Assembly: GCA_030018455.1 (NCBI GenBank) | Contig: JASEFU010000001.1 | Coordinates: 61,545-125,544, forward strand | Source: Dehalococcoidia bacterium | GTDB lineage: Bacteria; Chloroflexota; Dehalococcoidia; DSTF01; JALHUB01 | Reading direction: 5' to 3' | Length of the DNA stretch: 64,000 nt | Shown here: one piece after another, positions 8,980-18,723 of the stretch | Numbering within the stretch: position 1 is the stretch's first letter | Layout: each line of letters starts with the position of its first letter | Translations under genes and position numbers: made by a program | Notes under the pieces: model-generated | The model's database searches: none | What the model was told of the DNA's origin: nothing | What the model saw: the letters and a program-made list of their open reading frames with translations, nothing else

Positions 8980-10449
8980 TTAGCCGTGCAGCCGGCCGAG
9001 CGCGTCTTCCAGCCGCGCCAGCGACCGCTCGCGGCCCAGCACCTCCATCGTCTCGAAGAGGGGAGGCGTCGCCGTGCGGCCCGTCACCGCCACACGCACC
9101 AGCATGAAGAGATCGCCTGTCTTGAGCGACAGCTCCTCCGCCAGCGGTCGCAGCGCGCCTTCCAGCGCCTCGTGCCGCCAGTCCTCGATGCCGCTCACAC
9201 GCTTGACTACCGCATCCAGGACGCGCGCCGCCTCTTCCGGCTTGCCCGCGAACCGCTTCCCCAGTAGCGTGTCGAGGCCGTGGTCAAGCGTCCCCTCGAC
9301 GAAGAAGAAGCCCAGCAGGTCGACGGCTTCGTCGAGGCGCCGCATGCGCTCCTGGGCCAGCGGCACGAGCCGCATCACGAAGCCGGCGTCGAGCGGCCGT
9401 GGCGCCTCCGGCGGCAGGTCGCGCTCCAGTCGCTCCTTCAGAAGCTCGCCGAAGCGCTCCGGCGAAAGCTCGCGCATGTACACGCCGTTCATCCACGTCA
9501 GCTTGTCCACGTCGAAGATCGCCGGATTCTTCACCACGCGCTCGAGGCTGAAGTAGCGGATGAACTGCTCGCGCGAGATGATCTCCGTCCGGTCGTCCAG
9601 CGACCACCCGAGCAGCCCGAGGAAGTTGAACATCGCCTCCGGTAGGTAGCCCTGCCTCTCGTAGTCGAGTATCGACACGGCGCCGTGGCGCTTGCTCAGC
9701 TTCGCGCGGTCCTTTCCTAGCAGCATCGGCAGATGGCCGAACAGCGGCGGCTGCCAGCCCAGCGCGTCGTAGATCAGCAGGTGGCGCGGCGTGCTGGGGA
9801 GCCACTCGTCGGCGCGCAGCACGTGCGATATCTCCATCAAGTGGTCGTCGACGACGCTCGCGAGGTGATACGTTGGAAAGCCGTCCGACTTCAGGAGCAC
9901 GAAATCGTCCAGCGTTTCGTTCTCGAAACTCACGTGCTCGCGTATGAGGTCGAAGAACGACGTCTGCCCGGAGAGCGGCGTCTTGAACCGCACGACGGCG
10001 GCCAGCCCCTCGGCCTCCCGTTGCTCGCGCTGTTCGGGCGTTAGATTCCGGCAGAAGCGGTCGTAGCGCGGAGGCTCCTTGCGACGCGTCTGCTCCGCCC
10101 GCACCTTCTCCAGCCGCTCCGGCGAGCAGTAGCAGCGGTATGCCATTCCCCTCTCGATAAGCTCCCGCGACGCGCGGTCGTAGTGCTCCAGCCGCTGCGA
10201 CTGGAAGTACGGTCCGTAAGGCCCTTCCACGTCCGGCCCTTCGTCCCAATCGAGGCCGAGCCAGCGCAGTCCCCGCAGTATGGCGTCGAGCGCGCCCGGA
10301 ACGATGCGCGCCTGATCGGTGTCTTCGATGCGCAGCACGAACTTGCCCCCTTCGTGGCGCGCAAAGAGCCAGTTGAAGAGGGCGGTGCGGATGTTCCCCA
10401 CGTGGGGAACGCCGGTGGGACTTGGCGCAAACCGAACGCGGACGGTCAA
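8980..10449 (-). CDS. gltX: glutamate--tRNA ligase
   Basis: MTVRVRFAPSPTGVPHVGNIRTALFNW…RIEDTD (HIGH region) and KLSKRHG (KMSKS-type motif). 489 aa. Confidence 0.95.
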   Translation of the reverse strand: MTVRVRFAPSPTGVPHVGNIRTALFNWLFARHEGGKFVLRIEDTDQARIVPGALDAILRGLRWLGLDWDEGPDVEGPYGPYFQSQRLEHYDRASRELIERGMAYRCYCSPERLEKVRAEQTRRKEPPRYDRFCRNLTPEQREQREAEGLAAVVRFKTPLSGQTSFFDLIREHVSFENETLDDFVLLKSDGFPTYHLASVVDDHLMEISHVLRADEWLPSTPRHLLIYDALGWQPPLFGHLPMLLGKDRAKLSKRHGAVSILDYERQGYLPEAMFNFLGLLGWSLDDRTEIISREQFIRYFSLERVVKNPAIFDVDKLTWMNGVYMRELSPERFGELLKERLERDLPPEAPRPLDAGFVMRLVPLAQERMRRLDEAVDLLGFFFVEGTLDHGLDTLLGKRFAGKPEEAARVLDAVVKRVSGIEDWRHEALEGALRPLAEELSLKTGDLFMLVRVAVTGRTATPPLFETMEVLGRERSLARLEDALGRLHG

Positions 10450-10497
10450 AGACTAGACCCTGAAACCCTTCGAATACATTCTACATCTTCCGCGAGG

Positions 10498-10866
10498 CTA
10501 CTTCAGGAAGCGGGCCGGCACCCGCATCACGCCGAGCAGACCCATCACCACCATCGTCACCAGCGATATCGCCGTCAGCACGCCCGAAAGGGCGAAGGGC
10601 CTCTCTTCCGCGTACCCGACGAAGCCCATGTTGATGAAATCGGAAAGCTCTTCCCGGAGCCCTTCCCACCCCAGAGCGATGACCAGGACAACCATCGCCG
10701 CGACCGTCAGGAGCGCGAACGACAGCGTGAAGCCGGCGATCACCAGCTCCCACCGGCCCGGCTCCGACCCCCCGCCCGCAGTGCGCCAGCGGTTGGCGTA
10801 GTAGTTGATGAGGCCCGGCACGACCACAAACGCGCTGAGGATAATAACGAACAGCAGCAGGTCCAT
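10498..10866 (-). CDS. hypothetical small membrane protein (3-4 TM helices)
   Basis: 122 aa, strongly hydrophobic segments (LLLFVIILSAFVVVPG…, LVIAGFTLSFALLTVAAMVVLVIAL…, VLTAISLVTMVVMGLLGV). No recognisable motif. Sits between rluD and gltX on the same strand. Confidence 0.45.
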   Translation of the reverse strand: MDLLLFVIILSAFVVVPGLINYYANRWRTAGGGSEPGRWELVIAGFTLSFALLTVAAMVVLVIALGWEGLREELSDFINMGFVGYAEERPFALSGVLTAISLVTMVVMGLLGVMRVPARFLK

Positions 10867-10954
10867 CAGCCACCTCCGTGTGACCTGAAACTTGAGGACA
10901 TAGCGGCGGGCGCCGCCTCGGTCGCGACAATTCTAGTCGAAGGCAGGCCGAGCC

Positions 10955-11896
10955 TCAAGACGGGCGGGAAGGCGCTGCTCGCGCCAGACGAAGCGCCTGC
11001 TCCAGGTCATCCGGCAGCGGCGATTCTAGCTCCATGCGCCGCCCGTCGACGGGATGACGAAAGGCGAGCCGGTACGCGTGCAGGAACTGACGCGCGACGA
11101 GCGAAGAGGGGCGCCCGTAAACGGCATCCCCGACGACAGGGTGCCCGATAGCGGCGAGATGCACTCGTATCTGGTGCGTTCGCCCCGTCGAAGGCGCCAC
11201 CTCGAGCAGCGTGTAGCCGCCGATGCGCTCGCGCTTGCGATAGCGCGTGATCGCCTCGCGCCCGCCTGCGACAATCGCCATCCGCTTTCGGTTGCGCGGG
11301 TCTCGCCCGATGGCCCCCTCGATGACTCCTTCCGGCGGCTCGACATCTCCCTTCACCAGCGCCAGATAGCCCTTCTCGACTTGCCGCTCCTTCAACTGGC
11401 GCGACATCCCCTCGTGGGCGAGGTCGTTCTTCGCCACCAGCAGTAGCCCGGAGGTGTCCCTGTCGAGCCGGTGGACGATCCCGGGGCGCAGCCTGCCGCC
11501 GATCCCCGAGAGATCGGGGCTATGGGCGAGGAGGGCATTCACCAAAGTGTTGCGCGCGCGGCCGGCGCCGGGGTGGACGGCCATGCCGGCGGGCTTGTCG
11601 ACGACGATGATGTCGACGTCCTCGTGGATGATTCGCAACGGGAGAGGCTGCGGCTCCGCCTCAATTGGTTGGGGCGGCGGCACGCGAACCTCTACGTCGT
11701 CGCCTGCTTCGACGAGCAGCGACGGTCTGGCGGAACGTCCGTTCACCGTCACTTCCAGCTCGCGAATGAGACGCTGGGCCTGCGAGCGGGAAACGCCGGG
11801 GCAGTGACGGGCAACGAAGACATCGAGGCGCTCGCCTCCGCCCTCTGCGACGATGCGAAAGACGCGCTCCTTCAAGCTCCCTTCTTCCGCTGCCAT
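10955..11896 (-). CDS. rluD: 23S rRNA pseudouridine synthase, RluA family (RluD-like, S4 domain N-terminal)
   Basis: S4-like N-terminus (RLDVFVARH…SRSQAQRLI…VTVNG) and catalytic HRLDRDTSGLLLVAK motif. 313 aa. Confidence 0.9.
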   Translation of the reverse strand: MAAEEGSLKERVFRIVAEGGGERLDVFVARHCPGVSRSQAQRLIRELEVTVNGRSARPSLLVEAGDDVEVRVPPPQPIEAEPQPLPLRIIHEDVDIIVVDKPAGMAVHPGAGRARNTLVNALLAHSPDLSGIGGRLRPGIVHRLDRDTSGLLLVAKNDLAHEGMSRQLKERQVEKGYLALVKGDVEPPEGVIEGAIGRDPRNRKRMAIVAGGREAITRYRKRERIGGYTLLEVAPSTGRTHQIRVHLAAIGHPVVGDAVYGRPSSLVARQFLHAYRLAFRHPVDGRRMELESPLPDDLEQALRLARAAPSRPS

Positions 11897-12459
11897 ACCG
11901 TCTCGTTGAAGACGAAGAAGACTACTATGGTGCTTACGCCGATGACGATAGCCGAATCAGCTACGTTGAACGCAGGCCAGCAACGAAAATCGATGAAGTC
12001 GGTCACTTCGCCCAGGCGGATGCGGTCCGTCAGGTTGCCGATGGCCCCTCCCAGTTGCAGGCCGAGGGCGGTGCGCAGTAGCCCGTGCTCCATCGGCGGG
12101 TATAGGTAGTACAGGAGGATCGCCCCGAGGCCGAGGAGCGTGGTCGCTGTGAGGAAGAGGGTCTGACCCTGCAGAATACCGAAGGCGGCGCCGCTGTTTG
12201 CGACGTGGACGATGCGCACGAACCCCTCATCGGGATAGGCCTCCCCCAGGGCGAGGTTGGCGCGCACGATTGCCTTCGTGAGCTGGTCAAGGGCGAAGAC
12301 GGCTCCCACGACGAGAAAGAAGAGGGCGTCGCGGCGCAACCGCAGCCAGGGCCGGCTCCGCTCCACCGAACCACCGCTCTCTGTCGTCACGCTGCTTTCA
12401 GTCACGTATGCGAAGCCTGCCCCGCGCTTCCGAATCGATTCGCGATCATGATAGCACAC
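11872..12459 (-). CDS. lspA: lipoprotein signal peptidase II
   Basis: …LDQLTKAIV… and …FNVADSAIVIGV… (LspA catalytic Asp motifs). The ORF is long at the N-terminus, so the true start is probably internal. The 3' end overlaps rluD by 25 nt. Confidence 0.8.
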   Translation of the reverse strand: MCYHDRESIRKRGAGFAYVTESSVTTESGGSVERSRPWLRLRRDALFFLVVGAVFALDQLTKAIVRANLALGEAYPDEGFVRIVHVANSGAAFGILQGQTLFLTATTLLGLGAILLYYLYPPMEHGLLRTALGLQLGGAIGNLTDRIRLGEVTDFIDFRCWPAFNVADSAIVIGVSTIVVFFVFNETVWQRKKGA

Positions 12460-12521
12460 AACAGGAGGCGGCGCTGCGGGCTGCCGGGGGCAGCGAAGCG
12501 GAAATAACAGGAGCTGGGGAA

Positions 12522-13748
12522 CTATAGTGAAAGGATGTGCACGGATGCGGCCGCCGCCTCGCCGCGCACCATGCCGCCGCCGTTTTCCGTCAGCCCCACC
12601 TTGGCGCCCTCGACCTGGCGGTCGCCGGCCTCGCCGCGCAGTTGCAGGAACAGCTCGTAGAGCTGGGCAACGCCCGTAGCGCCGACAGGATGTCCTTTCG
12701 CGAGCAGCCCGCCGCTCGTATTCACGGGAATCCGGCCGCCGAGCTCTGTTGCCCCCTCATCGATGAGGCGGGCCCCTTCGCCGGGCGCGCAGAAGCCCAG
12801 CTCCTCGTAGATCAGCAGCTCCGCCGGGGCCGTCGCGTCGTGCACCTCCGCCACATCGACGTCCCCCGGCCCGATACCCGCCATCTCGTACGCGGCGCGC
12901 GCCACCCGCTCGGTGATCCCGGGCGGACGCTGATCGGTGCCGGAGGCAACCGCCGAGCCGCGGACCCAGACGGGCTTCGTCGTGTACTGGAACACCTTCT
13001 CTTTGGCGACGAGCACGGCGGCGGAAGCGCCGTCGCCGATGGGGGCGCACATCAGCCGCGTGAGGGGCTCGGCGACCAGAGGCGAAGCCAGTATCTCTTC
13101 GAGTGTGTACACTTCGCGGTACTGGGCGTGCGGGTTGAGGCTACCGTTGTAGTGGTTCTTCACCGCCACCTTACCAAAGTGCTCTTTTGTCACGCCGTAG
13201 CGCTCCATGTGCTGGCGGGCGCCCGCAGCGTAGATGTCCATGAACACGCTGCGCGACTTCCCGGGCTCGCCGACGGCTCCTGGCGCCGCCTTCGCAGCCT
13301 TCTCCGCCTGCTCCTTCATGTAGGCGAGCATCTGCTGCGCCAGCTCGACGTCCGTACCCGCCGTGAAAAGCGAGAAGACCTTCGCCTTGTCCTCGCTGTA
13401 CATCTTTTCCATGCCCACCGCCAGCGCGATGTCGTACATGCCGGAAGCGACGTAGAGCCACGCGAGCTGGAAGGCGGTGGAGGAGCTTGCGCATGCGTTC
13501 TCGGTGTTGATCATCGGTATGCCCTGGATCCCCATGTCGCGCAGCACCACCTGCGCCCGCACGCACTCCTGGCCCTGTCCCAGCCCGGCGGCGGCATTGC
13601 CCACGACCGCGACCTGCGGCACCGACTTGTCCATCCCGCAGGAATCAAGCGCGGCCGTAACCGCCTCGCGCGTGAGGCTCTTCAGGTTGCGGTCCAGGTA
13701 CTTTCCAAAGCGCGTCATCCCCGCGCCGACGATGGCGACATCCCTCAT
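12522..13748 (-). CDS. thiolase-superfamily protein (SCP-x/lipid-transfer-protein-type thiolase, acetyl-CoA C-acyltransferase-like)
   Basis: MRDVAIVGAGMTRFGK…, active-site NTENACASS (Cys), C-terminal …NTSGGLLAKGHPVGATG… 408 aa. AAAGGAG SD upstream. Confidence 0.8.
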   Translation of the reverse strand: MRDVAIVGAGMTRFGKYLDRNLKSLTREAVTAALDSCGMDKSVPQVAVVGNAAAGLGQGQECVRAQVVLRDMGIQGIPMINTENACASSSTAFQLAWLYVASGMYDIALAVGMEKMYSEDKAKVFSLFTAGTDVELAQQMLAYMKEQAEKAAKAAPGAVGEPGKSRSVFMDIYAAGARQHMERYGVTKEHFGKVAVKNHYNGSLNPHAQYREVYTLEEILASPLVAEPLTRLMCAPIGDGASAAVLVAKEKVFQYTTKPVWVRGSAVASGTDQRPPGITERVARAAYEMAGIGPGDVDVAEVHDATAPAELLIYEELGFCAPGEGARLIDEGATELGGRIPVNTSGGLLAKGHPVGATGVAQLYELFLQLRGEAGDRQVEGAKVGLTENGGGMVRGEAAAASVHILSL

Positions 13749-13842
13749 TTCTCACTCCTTTTCAGACGGTAACCGGGCCTAGGTCTATCTGGGTCTATCT
13801 CTAAGTTAGCCCTCGGTTATGTATACGGCAAGCGATGCGCTC

Positions 13843-16308
13843 TCAGACTACGTCGACGCCCGTGGGCGCGACCTCGCCCCCTCGCACCGGCCGCCGCGCG
13901 CCCCCGATCCGAAAGCGGCCCATCAACCGTATGTCCTCCGACGAGCTGCCCACCATCACTTCCACGTCTCCCGGCTCGACCACGAACTCCATCGCCCGGT
14001 CATAGAACGCGAGCGCACGCGGGTCGACGCGGAAGGTCACCGTGCGCGTCTCTCCCGGCGCGAGGGCCAGCCGCTTGAACCCGGCAAGCTGTTTGACGGG
14101 CCGCGTCACCGTGGCGACTACGTCCCGCAGGTAGAGCTGCACGACCTCCTCGCCCGCCCGAATGCCGCTGTTCGTTATGTCCACACTGATCGCGACCCTC
14201 CCGTCCGGGGCGACCACTTCCGGACTCACCTTCAGCCCGCTGTATTCGAACGACGTGTAGCTCAGGCCGTGCCCGAAGGCGTACAGCGGCGATACCGGCA
14301 AGTCCACGTAGTCGCCCTGCCACATCGTGCGACCCCCGGACGGCTTGTGCCCATAGTAGACCGGAACCTGCCCGACGGAGCGGGGAAACGTGATGGGCAG
14401 CTTCCCTCCCGGCGCCGTCTCGCCGAAGAGGACGCGGGCGACAGCGTTTCCGCCCTCCTCGCCGGGCAGCCAGGCGACGAGCACCGCCGCCACGTTCTCT
14501 GCTATCCACGGGACCGCGGCCGGGCGCCCGACGGTGAGGACGACGACGACGGGCCGCCCTGTGGCCGCTACCGCCTCGATCAGCGCCTGCTGCGCGCCCG
14601 GCAGCCCCAGATCGGCGCGGTCGCTCGACTCGCCGCTGGTGCAGCCGCGAACGAGACCCGACCTGTCGCCAACGCAAACGACCGCGACCTCGGCGCGAAG
14701 GGTGGCCTCCACCGCCGCGGCGAAACCCGCCGTCGAGGGGTCGAGCACATCACAGCCCTTCGCGTGGAAGACCTCCGCATCCGGCGCGATATTGCGGATG
14801 CCCTGCAATATCGACACCATCGGCACGAAATGCTGCGACAGATCGGGCGGCGCAGCGTCGGGGCGCGGCTCGGCGCCGGCTGCCGCGGGCGCAAACGTTA
14901 TTTCCAGGTGGGACGGGTAGTGATAGTCGCCCTGCATCAGGCGAATGTCGTCGGCGCTGGGGCCGATGACCGCGATCCGCTTGAGCGAGCGGCTCAGCGG
15001 CAGGAGACCGCCTTCGTTCTTGAGCAGCACGATCGACTTCTCGGCGACGCGAAGCGCCAGTTGCCGCTGCTCCGTCGTATCGAAGACGGCGGCCGCGGAC
15101 GGGGCATGCACGTACGGGTCTTCGAAGAGGCCGAGCCGGAACTTCATGCGCAGCACCCGCGCGACCGACCGGTCGATGAGCGACATCGCGATCCGGCCCT
15201 GTTCCAGCGCCTCCCGAAGCGGCCCGCCATAATAACGCAGCTCCGGCAACTCAACGTCGATTCCGGCTTCGAGCGCCAGCGCCGCCGCCTCCGGCTTTGA
15301 ATCCGTCAGGTGGTGGTAGTGCACCAACATGGGAAGCGTGGTGTAGTCGCTGACGACGACGCCCTCGAAGCCGAGCTCATCGCGTAGGAGCGCTTCGAGA
15401 AGCTCGCGCGAGGCGCCGCAGGGGACGCCGTCGAGCTCGTGGTACGCGTTCATCATCGACCCGAGGCGCGCCTCCCGTATCGCCGCCTCGAAAGGGGCCG
15501 CGTATACTTCCAGCAACTCCCGCCGGGGGATATGCGCGGGCGCCCAGTTGAGGCCCCCTTCTGAGGCGCCGTAGCCGATGAAGTGCTTTCCCGTGGCGAC
15601 GACACCGCTCTTCCAGTCGTCGCCCTGGAGTCCCTTCACATAGGCGACCCCAATGCGTGATATGAGGTGCGGGTCTTCGCCGAACGTCTCCTCCGTCCGC
15701 CCCCAGCGGGGGTCGCGCACGACATCGAGGACGGGCGCCAGCGCCTGGTGCGCCCCCACCGACCGCATCTGGAGCCGGATGACGGACGTCATTTCCTCGA
15801 TGAGCTCCGGCTCCCAGGTGGCCGCCAGCCCGATCGCCTGGGGGAAGCAGGTGGCGTCGCGGGCTGTGTAGCCGGCGCAGCTTTCCTCGTGGACTATTGC
15901 CGGGATACCGAGACGCGTTTGCTCACGGAGAAACCGCTGGATCTCATTCGCCAGCTGCGCCGTTTCCTCGGGACGCAGCGTCGTCGCGCCGCCGATGCGC
16001 GTTATGTGCCCGATCCCGTGGCCGATCAGCTCCCGCGCCTTTGCTTCCGCGAACGAACCGTCCTCCAGCAGCGACGTCGACCACGCTGCCCCCAGTTGCG
16101 CCACCTTCTCATCGAGGGTCATCCGGCCCAGCAAGTCGGCGACCCTTTCGGCCAGCGGCCTGCGGGCATCCTTGTATGCGGGTAAGCCTTTCGTTCCCTT
16201 CATGGGCAGTGCCTCGAGGTGGGAGAATCGGCCTGAGGGTATCATCGGGCGGCGCGAATCCGCAACAAGAACGCCGCCGTAAACCGGCGACGCGCCTGCC
16301 ATGTTCAA
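13843..16308 (-). CDS. bglX: glycoside hydrolase family 3 beta-glucosidase (BglX-like) with C-terminal fibronectin-III-like domain
   Basis: …RMTLDEKVAQLG…, …GFEGVVVSDY…, catalytic-region and FnIII-like tail (…LAGFKRLALAPGETRTVTF…). Start may be the internal ATG at 16203 (MKGTKGLPAYKD…). Confidence 0.85.
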   Translation of the reverse strand: MNMAGASPVYGGVLVADSRRPMIPSGRFSHLEALPMKGTKGLPAYKDARRPLAERVADLLGRMTLDEKVAQLGAAWSTSLLEDGSFAEAKARELIGHGIGHITRIGGATTLRPEETAQLANEIQRFLREQTRLGIPAIVHEESCAGYTARDATCFPQAIGLAATWEPELIEEMTSVIRLQMRSVGAHQALAPVLDVVRDPRWGRTEETFGEDPHLISRIGVAYVKGLQGDDWKSGVVATGKHFIGYGASEGGLNWAPAHIPRRELLEVYAAPFEAAIREARLGSMMNAYHELDGVPCGASRELLEALLRDELGFEGVVVSDYTTLPMLVHYHHLTDSKPEAAALALEAGIDVELPELRYYGGPLREALEQGRIAMSLIDRSVARVLRMKFRLGLFEDPYVHAPSAAAVFDTTEQRQLALRVAEKSIVLLKNEGGLLPLSRSLKRIAVIGPSADDIRLMQGDYHYPSHLEITFAPAAAGAEPRPDAAPPDLSQHFVPMVSILQGIRNIAPDAEVFHAKGCDVLDPSTAGFAAAVEATLRAEVAVVCVGDRSGLVRGCTSGESSDRADLGLPGAQQALIEAVAATGRPVVVVLTVGRPAAVPWIAENVAAVLVAWLPGEEGGNAVARVLFGETAPGGKLPITFPRSVGQVPVYYGHKPSGGRTMWQGDYVDLPVSPLYAFGHGLSYTSFEYSGLKVSPEVVAPDGRVAISVDITNSGIRAGEEVVQLYLRDVVATVTRPVKQLAGFKRLALAPGETRTVTFRVDPRALAFYDRAMEFVVEPGDVEVMVGSSSEDIRLMGRFRIGGARRPVRGGEVAPTGVDVV

Positions 16309-16334
16309 TCCGAGACGCTATCGAATGGCGCGCC

Positions 16335-17747
16335 CTAGGCGGCCCGCTCCTTCTTTGCCGGCCGCGCGTCCTCGGGATGCGGCACGGGCTGCATCTCAAG
16401 GCGGGCGGTATCGAGCCCGTACAATATGCCGACCGCCCAGTCGAGGGCGACCATTACCCGGTTGCGTACGCTGGCGATCTTCATCAGGTGGATGCCGCGC
16501 CATACGGCCCAGCCCAGGATGCCCTCGAACAGGAAGGGGCCGATCTCTGCCGCGCCCGCAAGGCCGCCCAGCGAGATCACGTTTCCCTTCGAGCGGAACC
16601 GGAAAGGCTTCTGAGGCCGTCCCCTGATGGACCGCACCACGTTCTCCGCGGCGGCTTTGCCCTCTTCCTCTGCCGACTGGGCGAGGAGCGGCACCGGCTC
16701 GCGTGTGCGAGGGTCTTCGATGTGGGCGTTGTCACCCACGGCGTACACACCTGGCCGTCCCTGTACCTGAAGAAACTGGTCTACCAGGAGCCCGCCGCTG
16801 GAGCCGTGTGGAGCATCAAGCGAAGTGACCAGGTCGGGAGCGCGAACACCCGTCGCCCAGATCATCGTTCTCGTCGCCAGTCTTCTTCCGTCCGCGAGCA
16901 ACAACTGGTCGGGCAGGACCTCGGCGGGCCGCGTGTTCAGCCAGACCTCGACCCCTGATTCCCTCAGCTTCGTGAGCGCGGCCTTCGCCATCCGTTCGCC
17001 CATGTGGCCGAGTAGCCTTCCCGCAAGCTCGACGACGACCACCCGCGCTTCGTCCATGCTCAGCAAGGGGTAGTCCGATGGTATCACCTTGCGCAGGAAG
17101 TCCATCAGTGCGGCGGCTGCCTCAACACCCGTCGAGCCGCCGCCGACTATCACGAACGTGAGCAGCCTGCGCCTTTCCTGCGCCTCCCGCGTCTGCACGG
17201 CCTCCTCCAGCATATCGATGACGTGGTTGCGGATCGCCAGCCCGTCCTCGATCCACTTCAGAGGGAGGGCGTGCCGCTGCGCGCTCTCGTTGCCGAAGAA
17301 ATTGGTGGCGGAACCGAGAGCGATGATCAGGTAGTCGTAGTGTTCTTCATCGCCGTCGAGAAGCACGCGGCAACGCTCGAAATCGATCCCCTGCACCGTC
17401 GCGCGCCGGAACTCGATGCCGCGGCGTCCCGCGTACTGCCGCAGCGGGCTCGCCACCTCATACGGGTCGAGCGCCCACGTGGCGACCTCGTACAGCAGGG
17501 GCGTGAAAAGATGGTCGTTGTGCCGGTCGATCAGCCGGACGTGAGCGTGGTCGCCAAGACGCCGGTGCAGCGTGCGGACGGCGGAGAGGCCGCCGAAACC
17601 CGCCCCCAGGACGACGATCCGCGGCCAAGCGTTGGGAGCCTCGATCCGCCGCCGATCGCGCAGGACAAAGCGGACAAAGCCTACCACGGCAAGAATCGCC
17701 AGGAAAGCGAGCCCCGCAGCTTTCATCGCTGTGCGCACGAGCGACAT
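16335..17747 (-). CDS. ndh: type II NADH:quinone oxidoreductase-like FAD/NAD(P)-binding flavoprotein (NDH-2 family) with N-terminal TM helix
   Basis: N-terminal hydrophobic helix (AAGLAFLAILAVVGFVRFVL) followed by RIVVLGAGFGGLS (FAD Rossmann), a second GGGSTGVE dinucleotide motif, and C-terminal hydrophobic segments. Confidence 0.75.
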   Translation of the reverse strand: MSLVRTAMKAAGLAFLAILAVVGFVRFVLRDRRRIEAPNAWPRIVVLGAGFGGLSAVRTLHRRLGDHAHVRLIDRHNDHLFTPLLYEVATWALDPYEVASPLRQYAGRRGIEFRRATVQGIDFERCRVLLDGDEEHYDYLIIALGSATNFFGNESAQRHALPLKWIEDGLAIRNHVIDMLEEAVQTREAQERRRLLTFVIVGGGSTGVEAAAALMDFLRKVIPSDYPLLSMDEARVVVVELAGRLLGHMGERMAKAALTKLRESGVEVWLNTRPAEVLPDQLLLADGRRLATRTMIWATGVRAPDLVTSLDAPHGSSGGLLVDQFLQVQGRPGVYAVGDNAHIEDPRTREPVPLLAQSAEEEGKAAAENVVRSIRGRPQKPFRFRSKGNVISLGGLAGAAEIGPFLFEGILGWAVWRGIHLMKIASVRNRVMVALDWAVGILYGLDTARLEMQPVPHPEDARPAKKERAA

Positions 17748-17980
17748 CTCTTTTCACCTGCGCCCGCCATCGAGGTGGCAACAGTCTCTTGTCGCGGCCG
17801 GTGTCCACGCCGCCATATTCAATATAGACGCCTTCCATGAAGAAGCCATGAAGGGGCGCACATCCGGCATGAACAGGACGTGAAAGGCTTTTCCGCCCGT
17901 TTCGACGGCAGTCGGGCTCGCGTCACACCTTTTCTCGCGGCAGGACAGTCCGACAATTACTGTGGGGGTACGCCAACACG

Positions 17981-18610
17981 ATGACCGGAACGAGGCCGAT
18001 ACGAGCAGCGCTCGCGGGAGCGCTCGTAGCCTCCGTCGTCGGTCTCGCCTCAACTCTTCTCCTACCCTCGGCCGCTGCCGCCGCATGCGCCGGCTTCGCC
18101 GCGCTGGCATGTGCCATCGCGTCCGCGCTTACGTGGCGCCGTCATTCCGCGGCCGGCGACGGGCTGGTGGAAAAGGCCGCGAAGGAGGCGGAGACGGGAC
18201 GCAAGCTCGTTATCTACGAGCGGACGACGGGGCTGTTCGCGTACTGGTACATGGCGATGAGGACGGAAGAGGAATGCGCCCGCGCCACCCGCTACGAGAT
18301 GCCCTTCGCCCTCGCCGTCGTCGAGCCCGCGACCGGCTCCAACGAATGGGCCCTGCACGGCCTGCTCAGCGACTGGCTGCAGGCCAACACGAGGGCGACC
18401 GACCTCGCGGGCTACGCCGGTAACGGACGCTTTCTCGTGCTGATGGTCCAGACGAATGAAGCGGCGGCTGTGGCCGTCCTGGAGCGGCTCAGAAGCCAGA
18501 TCGCCAACGTGGAGGCGGGCATAAGCGTCTTCCCCACCGACGGCGCCTCCTTCGCGGAGCTGTACGCCACAGCTCAGAGCCGGCTCGCCGGTCTGACTGA
18601 GGCAGCCTGA
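17981..18610 (+). CDS. membrane-anchored degenerate GGDEF-like domain protein
   Basis: Two N-terminal TM helices, then a GGDEF-fold-like region (…ERTTGLFAYWYMAMR…FALAVVEP…LAGYAGNGRFLVLMV…ISVFPTDGASFAELYATAQSRL). The GG(D/E)EF signature is replaced by AGNGRF, so it is probably catalytically inactive. Confidence 0.45.
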   Translation: MTGTRPIRAALAGALVASVVGLASTLLLPSAAAAACAGFAALACAIASALTWRRHSAAGDGLVEKAAKEAETGRKLVIYERTTGLFAYWYMAMRTEEECARATRYEMPFALAVVEPATGSNEWALHGLLSDWLQANTRATDLAGYAGNGRFLVLMVQTNEAAAVAVLERLRSQIANVEAGISVFPTDGASFAELYATAQSRLAGLTEAA

Positions 18611-18723
18611 GGGCTATCTGCAACGCTATTTCAATCGCCGTTTTGCCTCCTGAAAGCCCTGCGCCAACGGCTGGCGCGTAGAGTAGAGCAAGAGTAAGGC
18701 TGCCGGAAGAAGGAGACCGCACT

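Noticed and set aside
9284-10249. 321-aa minus-strand alternate-frame ORF and 322-aa plus ORF (10183-11151) over gltX/rluD
   Set aside because: Overlap bona fide gltX and rluD. Poly-Arg/Ala translations.
12537-13772. 411-aa plus-strand ORF antisense to the thiolase
   Set aside because: Antisense artefact. The thiolase has diagnostic active-site motifs.
13819-15300. 493-aa plus-strand ORF antisense to the GH3 beta-glucosidase
   Set aside because: Antisense artefact.
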